Both the position numbers and the translations under genes were made by a program. Positions 1 through 11,344 of a stretch of 64,000 nucleotides of DNA are shown here, piece by piece. The notes below the pieces were generated by a model. The model was not told the origin of the DNA and ran no database searches. It saw only the letters and a list, made by a program, of their open reading frames with translations. Source of the DNA: Bispira polyomma. Its lineage: Eukaryota. The stretch covers positions 47,864,001 through 47,928,000 of the forward strand of contig OZ287750.1 in the NCBI GenBank assembly GCA_965649765.1, in the 5' to 3' direction. The number at the start of each line of letters is the position of its first letter. The stretch's first letter is position 1.

Positions 1-1
1 T

Positions 2-499
2 TGCTCCTGGACTCAGGAAACATTCCTGGAGACAAGCCTCTTTAATGTAAGTAAATGTATAAATCCCAAGCACTGCTTCAAACTGGGTGTCGTATACAAT
101 CAACTTGACCATCTTGGCCAACACCATCTGTATAACACAAACATTCCCATCCAGTGCTATTATTTGCATGTTACTTTTCCACATTTTATTAGGAGATACA
201 TACTCCTTTCCAATATGTACTTTGCATAACATGTCTTCTTTTCCTTTGGTATGCCTTTCTTTTATCACACAGGGTGACCATAACCTCTTTTCTACTCTGA
301 GACCCCTACTGTGAATATTATCATTCTTACTAAAGCCTGCTATCTGCACTCCATTATGGCACCAAACAGCAATGTTTGTTTTCTTTATGCAGGACCAAGC
401 ATTATAACAGTTAATGTCTTTAACTGAACTTTCCATGACAACATTCTCATCAGTTGACTGACCAGACTGACCAGATAACTGGCTGGCTGTGACACCCAT
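2..499 (-). CDS. Second gene, first coding exon, 3'-partial: uncharacterised protein MGVTASQLSGQSGQSTDENVVMESSVKDINCYNAWSCIKKTNIAVWCHNG...IVYDTQFEAVLGIYTFTYIKEACLQECFLSPGA (166 codons, open to the window edge)
   Basis: Manually translated stop-free frame from ATG at 499 to the edge. Acceptor tattattttag at 502-503 lies 2 nt before the ATG; CCATGG Kozak context; MGxxxS N-terminus. Confidence 0.8.
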   Translation of the reverse strand, partial: MGVTASQLSGQSGQSTDENVVMESSVKDINCYNAWSCIKKTNIAVWCHNGVQIAGFSKNDNIHSRGLRVEKRLWSPCVIKERHTKGKEDMLCKVHIGKEYVSPNKMWKSNMQIIALDGNVCVIQMVLAKMVKLIVYDTQFEAVLGIYTFTYIKEACLQECFLSPGA

Positions 500-1936
500 G
501 GCTAAAATAATACACAAAGACATGCCAATTTTAATATCGACAGAAAAAAATGCGATATAAAGAACTGGTTTAATTTACAATTTTTACATTAATTAAATTT
601 CACACAATTTTGCCAAGAAGATACATAATATGTATCAGGTTTACTACAGAAAAAAAAATTGTAGACAAAATTAAACTATCACCATTTATAAATTTATGAA
701 AACATCATTAGTTTGTTCATTTGTAAATGCATATCAAAATGTCATTTTGGTGTCATTTACATTAAAAGTGTTGCTGTGGTAAAATAAACCACAGTCCAGT
801 ACGCATTCTAGAGAGTGGTTGTCTGTATCCTAACAAACTTGCTATAGTAAGGTTGGCCAAAACAGTGTTCTTGATATGGGATCGCTGTAAATTGCTATTA
901 AGTTCTTGTAATTCATGTGCTCTCATGACAATCTAGCACTTTCTCATTAAAATAAAATGTCTATGACAAGTTTGCAAATTGCTTTTAAATCCCTTTTTTA
1001 TGGCAAGTCCATGTGGTTTTATAATGGCAATCTAGCACTCACTCATTAATACCATAAAACATCTGTGATGACCAGTTTGTGACTTGCTTTTACTTTATAA
1101 TAACTCTAATCCATGTGTATTCCTAATAGCAATTAATGAGGTGTGTCTGTCTGATTCCATTACACATTTACAACAGCTTTGAACAGTAAACAACTCTGTT
1201 GCTAGCAGCTGCACTTCAAAAAAAAAGATGTTAGTCTTCCCATATTGTGCCCCTAAACCCACAGTGAGTAGGATACAATAGCAGTAGTTTTTGTTTAAAT
1301 TTTATTCCTTGTTTTAATTATTTTAACGGTATGTTGTATTAAAAGTTAAATATATTTAAATTTACATAAAATATTGTCTGTAGTTTATTTATGTTTTAAT
1401 ATTTCATAAAAACCTTCACAATGAAGCTCCACCAGTACGATACAGTATAGACGGTGCACTGTATATCGAGGACATAAGTAAGCACATAGTTGTTAGTCCG
1501 TGGATATATGACTATTTGACATAAAGTCAGTGCGTATTTCTACTAACGTCCTATCTTAGAGCTACCTGTTTAATAAGCCAATTCAGCATTTTGAGTGCGC
1601 ATGTATAAATAGCCGTGTGTGTGCTTCGGTTCAGGATAAACAAACCACTGAAACCTAACAGAAACAGATCACATATTGACATTTACTTAAATTAAATGTT
1701 ATAACGTACAATTACTGTAAAACTAAACTTATAATCAAGAAGCTCTCATCAAAACTTTTCCTTCGGTACCAAGACTGCATATATTATTGCTTTATACTAA
1801 TTGTTTTAATTATTTCTAAAATATGAAGTTGTAAAAATTGCAGACATTTTGCAGGATTTCGAAACACTCTGTCGTTATCGCTCACACGTGGCTTTATTTA
1901 TCCCGACGTGGACATGCGCACTTGATCTTCTTTCTT

Positions 1937-2114
1937 TAATATTCCCCCTAACAGCTTAAACCATGACGAAGTTGTGCGTCAGTTCCAGATGCAACAATTA
2001 AAAAAAAAAACACAACAATAACAATTAATATTCCCCCTAACAGCTTAAACCATGACGAAGTTGTGCGTCAGTTCCAGATGCAACAATTAAAAAAAAAAAC
2101 ACAACAATAACAAT
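1937..2114. repeat. Perfect 89-bp tandem duplication
   Basis: 1937-2025 is identical to 2026-2114, including the A11 tract. Confidence 0.95.
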
Positions 2115-2119
2115 ATTTA

Positions 2120-2450
2120 CAGTTTGTTTTAAAATCTTGTGCATGGTGACTCAAATCAACTTGGTCCTGGCTTTTAGACGAGGGTCCAGGATTTTGTGGT
2201 TGCAGCTTTAACGAACCTCAGTGATGTTATCAAGGTAACCAGCTGAGGTTTAAATGAGTCTATTGTAGGAAGGGTGGCTAGTTCTATCGGGAGACTATTC
2301 CAGAATCTAACTGTTCTAACATAGAATTGATTTTTAAAGGCTTCGGAGAAAATGCTGAATTGGCTTTGTTACCACCAGTATGAGTGCCCTAGACCAAATA
2401 ATCTGTCCCTATTTAGCAAGATTCCTTGCTGTTATTTTGACAGTTAAATC
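2120..2450 (-). mobile_element. CR1-group LINE 3' fragment
   Basis: Minus strand translates to FKNQFYVRTVRFWNSLPIELATLPTIDSFK, the typical ORF2 C-terminal WNxLP motif. Confidence 0.7.
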
Positions 2451-2959
2451 GTGAAAAGGCACAGAACGGCTACTATAAGCAAAACGTTTAAAAAGCCGTC
2501 ATTGGCAGCAAACTCGCACTAAAGTGCGGATATCAATGGCTACTTAGCTTTTTATCGCTCATTAAAATTTTCCGATGAACCGTAAATATATATTTCAAAG
2601 AAATTTAAATAACATCTTGTTAAGAAAGCGTTGCTCGATGAAGTAAACAAAGTACAATACAAAGAAGCTTTGCCACCTATTAAATAAACATAAAAGGAAA
2701 CTGACCAAAACAAAGTAGCTCCTACTAGATACCGAAATGGCAGAAAAAGCCACAAGAGGTACATACTAACCCTCGGATCCTATCCGAGCGGCAGTGGCAA
2801 AGTATAATTCTAATGGAAAGTAAAACCGTAAATAGCAATCTACTTAAATGTTAATGGGTGTATGGGATGATATTTTTCTTTCGGAGATAGTCATATAACA
2901 TCAAGATATTAAATCAAGACATAAGATTCACTTACTGATCTCCGAAAACTATAATATGC

Positions 2960-3745
2960 ACGTCGTATTGTATTGTATATTTTTAACGCGCCTTATTGAT
3001 AATAGGCATCTCCTAAGACACAACATCAAAATCAATCAGTCAATAGAAAAATCGATAAACAATAGCCAGGCCGTAAGGATGGATGCATCAGCGCACAGGG
3101 AAAGGACTACAGAGGATAGGCAAGCCTGAAGAGATAGGTTTTGAGCTTTTTCCTAAATCTAGAAAGTGTTTCAAGCATTCTAAGCTAGACTGGAAGGCAG
3201 TTCCATAGCATAGGGGCGGCAACTGAAGGCTTAGATCCGACCCTCTTGGTTGGTTTTTAGAGGAAACAGAGAGCCTCTTTCCCCTCTTGAGGTTGCTGAA
3301 GGAGAGTTTTGTAGCAAGGTAGTGAGGCTGTTGAGAGACAACAGCTTTAAAGGTAGTTACATGAATTTTAAACAGGATTCGATAGTGAATTGGAAGCCAA
3401 TGGAGTTGCTTGAGGTATGGTGTTACATCAGTACGAATACCCGAAATATGACTCTACATAGATGGTTTTGAATGGACTGCAGCTTGTTTATGTGAGACTT
3501 ATTAGCTTCAAACATAAGAGAATTACAGTAGTCAAGGCGGCTACTCACAAGAGCATTGGCCACAGTGATAGCAGTATCTAGTGACAGATAATTTCTGATT
3601 CTTTTGAAATCCCAAATGTGATAGTAGCAGGAGCGGCGAATGTTGTTAATGTGAGGAAGAAATGAAAAAGCAGGGTCAATAGTGACACCTAGGTATTTGA
3701 CCTGTTCTGAAGGTGTAATGCCCAGTAGTGTCATTGGGAAAAGTA
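2960..3745 (-). mobile_element. 5'-truncated L2-clade LINE (RT C-terminus, 3' UTR, (ATACA)n tail)
   Basis: VKYLGVTID...SRLDYCNSL...KLQSIQN, then frameshifted LHWLPIHYRILFK and VAAPMLWNCLP...FRKKLKTYLF; short tandem tail at 2965-2980. Confidence 0.9.
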
Positions 3746-5749
3746 TTAAGTATTAACATTTTAATTTACATTTAGTACACAGAAAGACGTATGTAGTAAT
3801 AAAATTACTGTTGTTACAAAATTAATGCCAGATAGTGGTATGACAAAATTTTTTTTTGTGTGTGTGTAAATCTTGTATTTTGACAGCAAATGCTTGAAAT
3901 TACAATGTACCAATACACGCATTCTTAAAAAAAAAAAGTAACCATATGTATAGATCTACAGTTATTACATTTACGTTTGTTTATATAAAAGAACACAAAG
4001 ACTACACAGGACACTTACAGCACAAGTCAACGGACAATTATCACAGGACAAACACAAACATTGTCACCACTAGCTATTGGAAATATTTAATTATAACAGT
4101 AATGTTATTACATAACAACATTAATATCTACAATAAAACATTGCATAGTTTTTTTAATTCTTCGATGGTTGGATGTTTTTTTTTTCTAGTTTTGACTTCC
4201 AGATGTAATATTTACCATAAAGTATAATTGTATTCATTTGATTCACAATAACATTTTTATGATCACTTTCAAGTATTCCCCAAAAAATTTGCTTCTCTGA
4301 TAAAATTCGGTATGACAAAGATACATTTATTACCTTTATTATGTATGTACAGATTATTTTTTATTTATTTGTTAGTTATTCTGGCTGTTATCTTATCACC
4401 AGTCACCCTGTTGTAAGATTAAAATATAACATGATGCAAATGTACAATTTTTTTCGTTATAACAGTTTAAAATTTCACTTGAAAGATAGCACTAGATGAC
4501 ACGAAATTGAATCTTAACCTTGCAAACTCTTTTACAAGGTGTTGAATATGGAGTTTTAATCTCTCTGGTATACGACCATGCAGTATACTACTGTTATTAT
4601 GAATCTACTCTTGTCTTAATTGTTAAACATAAATTATACCCAAATGGTATAACAATAGGGGACACTTACAACAATGCTGGCTGAGCTGTTTGAATGTGAA
4701 AATCTGTAAGTTTATGTAACAGGAAATATATCTCGTTAAAAAAAGAAAAACTATGTTACTCCTAGATTGATACAGCTTGTGCTTAAAGTTCATAGAAGAT
4801 TATTTTTTACTGAAATCAATAAATGAAATAAATGGGCTTGTCTGTAGGAGCCCAGATAATTATTTACTAAATACATATCTTACAATTCTTAATGCTGACT
4901 AGCATTGAATCTGGTCGTCACAATATGACTTAAACTGTTGAAAGCGTCCTAAAACTCAACTAAATTCAAATTATACCATTTGTGATGCCTTAAAAGTAAA
5001 TTTTCATGCCTTTAGCTCATTCTCTGTCGTGGAAAACTAAACCCTATTCCTGGACCCTACTATGTATGGCTCAACTACGCACACACATATATATATATAT
5101 ATATATACTATCAGAATTCAAGCAGCTCTGGCTTTAATGAAATGCCTTTATTAAGTTTTATCCATACTTAGGACACTGAAGTATGACTTCTTAGATAAGA
5201 TTTAGACTTCACCAAAATGCATGCATGGTTTTTTATGACATTAAAAATTAAGTGAATCTTGCCTCACAATGGAATAAAATAAACAAGAGAAGAATGGCCT
5301 GGCGGCCATATCATGATAATGCCACTACAAATCAAGTTACTGTTGAGTCTGAAAATAGTGAACCAGTCACTAGTTAGCAGTCGAAATGGATTTCTAGAAC
5401 CATCTACTGTGGGGAACCGAGTAAGGTAAACGAAAATTAAAATCTGAAACATCTATATATAAACAAAATTTACGAGACCCGAAAAAACGTTCTTCACAAA
5501 ATAATAATCCGTTACTAGTGAGGTTTGGTTAGTCTACCGTAATAGTGAAGTGGACAAAATTGATCTTAACCTCAAATATTAACTTAAAAAGTGTGTATAG
5601 GAAGCTAAAAAAAGACATATACAAAGCATTCAGTGACCAATGAATCGGTTACATATCTTCGATACATAAAATGTGAATAACATTGACATTTGTAAAATAA
5701 AATAAAATGTTGCAACTGTAACCTCCCCATTCTTGATATCTGAGAAGTT

Positions 5750-6615
5750 TACATCAGTATACAAATGTAAATAAAATCCACCAAGCAGGTTTTGTGTTAC
5801 TGTCTGGAAGTAATTAAACACTTTAAATTCATTATAATACTTTTACTGTTGAGAGTTTAAGGTCACCATAGGGTTCCTTAGGTCCATATACTTGTCCATC
5901 TATGCGCCGAATATAAATGAAATCCATCAAGCAGTTTTAAAGTTAGAGTCCAGAATGACTAAAACATGCTGTAACCTTAAAGTCGTCAGAAAATGTTAAC
6001 TCTTAGTAGTTTAAGGTCATCATACAATAGGGTTCTTCCTCAGGTCCATATACATGTACATCTATGTGCCAAATATAAATGAAATCCATCAAACAGTTTT
6101 GAAGTTAGAGTCCAGAATGACTGAAACATGCTGTAACCTAAAAGACGTTATAAAATTTTAACTCTTATCTTCCAAGGAGTTTAAGGGCACCATACAGAAA
6201 AGTTCCTGCTCAGGTCCATATAAACCTGTGTTTCATATTAATGAAATCCATTAAGCAGTTTTAAAGTTAGAGTCCAGAAAAGCTGAAATATGTTGTAACC
6301 TTAAAGTCGTTATGAAATTTTAAATCTTAGGGAGTATAAGGTCATCATACAATAGAGTTCCTCCTCAGGTCCATATACATCTGTGTACCAAATATGAATG
6401 AAATCCATCAAGCAGTTTTGGAGTTAGAGTCCAGAAAGCTGAAATATGTTGTAACCTTAAAGTCGTTATGGAATTTTAGCTCTTAGGAGTTTAAGGCCAC
6501 CATATAATATGGTTACTCCACAGGTCCATACGGATCTGTGTACCAAATATGAATGAAATCCATCAAACAGTTCTAAAGTTAGAGTCCAGAATGACTGAAA
6601 CATGCTGTAATCTTA
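5750..6615. repeat. ~160-bp tandem array (~5.5 copies), satellite/HINE-core-like
   Basis: gaaatccatcaagcagtttt..agttagagtccagaa recurs near 5775, 5920, 6082, 6244, 6402 and 6556. Confidence 0.9.
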
Positions 6616-6810
6616 ATAAGGTTTGTCCTATATATACCGGTATATGCCTTTTGAAATGGACCCTTCAATCAAATCTGACAATGTCAATATATAAAACTTG
6701 AATAACTTATACTATACCCACTATAATCAAGCCAAATTAATTTTGGACCAACTAGAGACCAGAGAGTGTATATATTCCAAATATAAAAGCACAACGCCTT
6801 ACAGATTGTA

Positions 6811-9482
6811 AAAATTTTATTGTAATTTATCTCTTTGGAAGATAAATACTTACCTTATCCTCACTAATGCTTTAATTTAGTACACCTAAATATGTTCGAC
6901 CAAAAAATCACTTGAGTCTTTTTTTAAAAGACTATTCTTGCGATTCGACTTAAATTATTCTCACCAACCTCACTGCGCATATGCCGGAAGTCCCTTCAAC
7001 TCTCGTCCTAGAGATGCCCTTCACAATTAATTTGAGAGATGTTTCCACAAATAAAAGTGGGGCTGGTTGGGACGGGATCTGGATTAGTGAGGATAAGTTA
7101 AGTATTTATCTTCCAAAAAGATAAATCACAATAAAATTTTACATTTTATTGCGATAAATACACCTTACCTTATCCTCACTAATGTTTGAATCCAACCTTG
7201 AAGGAGGAGGGCTATTTGTGTGAAACAGAGCCCCACATAAGGAATTAAGGAGTTTTGAAGCATTACTTGTTGAGGATAAGGCATTTGACTTACTCTTGTC
7301 ACTTCAGAAGAAGCATGTAAGTCTGACAAAACAGCCAACTACACAACTGGAAAACAAGTATTGCTGCGTTCTATACCGATATGACTATACCATATATGCA
7401 TGTCAATTGGCCAAGAAGATAATGTCATCTGGCTATCATGCTCAACCATCATCAAAATGACATCACATCCCACAGATGATCTCTTCACAAGATGCCACTT
7501 AATGAAAAGCTTGCAAGAAAAAAAAACAGACAAGTCATCAGCACATGCAAAGATGTATGTAGACAGTATTAAGGAAATTACTTCACTGGACAATTTCTAA
7601 TGAAACCAGTAAGTAGGGCACCAACTGACTACTTCACTTTGTGGTAAGTAGTGCTGTCCTGCAAAGATAAGTAAGGACACTTTACTGGACATTTCCTTAT
7701 GAACCAATAAATATTCAACTAACAGACCACTCAGATAATGTAAGTAGAACTGTAGAAACAATAAGACGAAACTACTTCACTGATAAGTGTCCTGGTATCA
7801 GTAAATAGTAAACCAGAAAGTCGCTTTACTCCATGATAAGTGATGCTTTACTTAAAGATAAAAGAGAGTGACTTCACTGAACAGTTCCTAGAGAACCAGT
7901 AAGCACTCAATCAACCCTATTCAAATTCATGAAAATAGTGCTGTCCGTTAAGGATTAAAAGATTTACTTAACTGGACAGTTTAGTAACCCAGTAAGAATT
8001 CAAACAGCAACCTCCTTCACTCCAAGGTAAGTGGAGCTGTACTGGAAGGATATGGAAAAATACTTTACTGGACAGTTTCTAAAAAAACAGTAAATATTCA
8101 CCCAACAGCATACCAAACAACATGCAAGTAGTGCTGTCCTTTAAGGATAAGAAGAATTACTTCACTGGACAGTTTAATGAACAGTAAGAATTCAGCCAGT
8201 AAAACAACTTCACTCCATGGTAAGTAGTGCTGAATTACAAGGACCAAGAAAGTACATCACTGAACAGTTACTTATGTGCCAGTAAGTATTCAACCAGCAG
8301 CCTACTTCATTCAATGGTAAGTGTGCTGAATTTTAAGGATACAGTTACTTTACTAGACATTTCTTATGAACCAGCAAGTATTCATCCAACCTTCTACTTG
8401 AAGACATGGTAATAAGAGTATGCCTCTATACCAGTACTAAACATGTAGAGCATGAAAACCCAGATGGAGAAACAATACATGACCCACTTAATAGATAAGG
8501 TACTGCACTCTGGTCGTCATCCAGACGTCATCATCTTCCCCAACAGAAAAACTCTTCACTTCTAGAACTCACATGAAGAGAACTAAAATTGAGAAAAACA
8601 AAACAGCTCATCAGCATATGACTGTATGTATGACGATAAAATACTCCCTGTGACAGATCTAACAAGATAATATCTTCCAGATCTGCCAGGACATCAAAAA
8701 TAAATTCCAGCAAATGAACCGTCCAGGGCAGGTTTAATGGCTGGAATGAACACCAATGAAACAGAATCTGCAAGCTCAGATGCCAATTAATTCAGTTTAT
8801 GAGTTTCAGACATCTCCAAAACATCAGGTACCCTACACAGCAATGGTCCTAAGCTTAAAATTCCCTGTCTGATAATCCTATAACCAGGACCATCCTCAAT
8901 GATAATTGTATTTGAACATCTCCTGCATCAATTGGAAAGCTTGACTACAGGACCGAAAACATAATCCATCCAGCACCAATCAAATCGCCAACTGTGGGGA
9001 AAATGTACAGAAGCACGAGCATTGGTCGATGAAGTAAACATTCTGTAGTAATCACCCTATCTCTGGTCTTGAAACTGTGAAATCGTTCTGGGCTGGAATT
9101 CAATGTTGAAGATCACAAGGCCAAAAACTGCTCAACTCCAACCAATTCCTTGCATTTGGAATAAAATATCTAAAACAAGTACTGCAACCTTTACTGCAGG
9201 CCTCTGTAAATACTATTCTACCAACTAGCTTCTCATTGGTAAACTTCCAAAAATACTTGGCTGGAAAAAAACTGCTTCTGCTTTGAAATAAGTCTGTCAC
9301 TTTGTCACCTGACTTAAAAAGAAATGATAGCTCAGACACTCGATTTCCTGACTTCCGGCGCATGCATCACAAGAATAGTCTTTTAAAAAAAGACTCAAGT
9401 GATTTTTTGGTTGAACATATTTAGGTGTACTAAATTAAAGCATTAGTGAGGATAAGGTAAGGTTTATTTATCGCAATAAAAT
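6811..9482 (-). mobile_element. Non-autonomous or decayed DIRS1-like tyrosine-recombinase retroelement (ITRs plus ICR)
   Basis: ~100-bp inverted repeats (6843-6940 / 9370-9472) with non-identical outer ends. Internal segment 7083-7184 is complementary to both outer ends joined. T-rich termini, no obvious TSD. Confidence 0.8.
7560..8412. repeat. ~96-bp diverged tandem array (~9 copies) inside the DIRS-like element
   Basis: ttcactggac-like anchor recurs near 7582, 7681, 7776, 7873, 7968, 8064, 8161, 8256 and 8349. Confidence 0.85.
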
Positions 9483-10199
9483 CAGAGATTACCCTGTGGA
9501 CAGGATGTTGTCCTGCGTAACTATGGTTCTTCCACTATCCCCCCCTCTTTCTCCAGAAAAGCATGATTATGCCAAAAAGAATTGGCATAATCATGCAAAA
9601 AAGGCTTGAATTGTAAATGTGTCTCATAGGTCAACACACCAGGCTTGTTTGACATTTGTAAAATACATCTTAGGAACCAGGGGGCACTATAAGTCAATAC
9701 TTGCTGTGCATACATTATGCTGTTCTAGCAAAATAAGCCATACTGTTACCTTGTGCAGAGGAACGACTAATAAAAATACCAATGTTGACTTTTGTCTTAT
9801 CTAGGTATGATATGTTTATCTCAGAAAAGACATGCGAAAGATAAATTTACATCAGAAAATATCATTGGACTAGAGAGTGTAATGTTATAGTCGGAGAGAA
9901 GTTCCAACCCTAAAAATCCTATCTACTCCATATAGGAATGCCATGAACTGATCACAGAATGGGGTGGTAGTCAGAAGAATCTTATTTATAAATTGTCTAT
10001 TAACAAATTCCAAGGCTGATCAAACTGTAACAAGCAATCTCATTAGCTAGATCTGCAATCTCATTAAAAACTGGTAAAATGGATTGTTAATAATATAGAA
10101 TGTGGAAAAAAATTATTAAACATATTGCAGGATTTATAGAAGAAACTTATGAACAATAAATGACCAAGGTACATAGTCTTTTAGGTCCGTGTAATTTTG

Positions 10200-10341
10200 G
10201 GTTCGTATTCAAGAATAACAATCATCTTGGGTCATATTGGGACAGGCCCAGAGCATTTGCCACTTGTGGGAGGCGAACCCCATAGACGTGACAGCCTGTG
10301 ATTAGATGCCAAACTTGCTAACCACTCGGCCACTGAGGACC
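10200..10341 (-). mobile_element. Short tRNA-derived SINE
   Basis: A box TGGCCGAGTGG and B box GGTTCGCCTCCC followed by a non-tRNA body. Confidence 0.7.
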
Positions 10342-11344
10342 TTTATCTTGCTTGAAGGTATTTTAACTAATTTGGTGATAGCGAATTATAGTATAAAACT
10401 TTAAGACAGAGTTATTGACCAAAACATTTCTTTGGACGATTTTAAGTGCAAAAAGTAGATCAAAATAATTTTTTAAAATTTTTTTTAACAAGAGCACTGC
10501 TAAGGACTCTCGAAAATTGACAAATTACGCACAGTGCTTTGAATATGTTGACCAACATATAGTACTTGGGCATTCTGTAAACAAGTACATACATTGCATG
10601 CATATCCTTGCATTATATACTAGCAGTCTTGGAAATACAGACTGGATAAGATTTCAAGATTTCCACCCCAGATCAAAGTAAGGCAAGACCTTAATGTTGC
10701 ACATTTAGACCTATTAATACTAAATACAAACTTATTTTGGACTAGTTGTACCCAAGATACAGCATTGACAGGTGCTGCACCTTTCATCCATCAACATATA
10801 TATATAAGCTTAAGATAAATGATTTGTCCAGATCTTCTAAAATAGTTGAAATTAAGTGTTAATGTAAGCCCGCTCAGGCCTCAAAGCAATCCAAAGTCCC
10901 CTGCCACAACCTGGTGCTCATATTTGTTGAGACTTCCAGTAGTTTACCTTTCAAAGAAATCATTTTCATGATAATGGCTATGGTGGTTTAAAAATCAATC
11001 ACTATTTAATCTAGAATGAGCTGCTGTCAAGCTAAACCTGTGCATTACACTTGGTAGAGAGATCTGCATCATTTTATCTTTAACTGCGAGAAAATGTTTT
11101 TACAATGACCATAGCAATTCTAAGCGAGCTACTTCCATGAAAAATCATGAATGAAATGTGAGCAAAAAAATCTGCTGTATAGTTTTCAGGGAAATCAATT
11201 TACACAGCTTTTGAATAAGGACAGCGGCAGTGTGTGGTCAGGTGTCTCATCTTTACAAGATAGGATAAAACAAAAGTCAATAAATATTGACAATATATCA
11301 CATTATTTGATGCACAATAACTAACTTTCACAAAAGAAAAACAG

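Noticed and set aside
3423-3734. Host gene or active reverse transcriptase
   Set aside because: 5'-truncated, frameshifted L2 LINE remnant lacking the catalytic RT core.
5292-5430. Plus-strand exon ending in AAG|gtaaac
   Set aside because: The first ATG frame stops early, and no partner exons or recognisable protein were found.
10240-10341. tRNA gene
   Set aside because: A and B boxes are present, but there is no convincing cloverleaf and the sequence continues into a SINE body.
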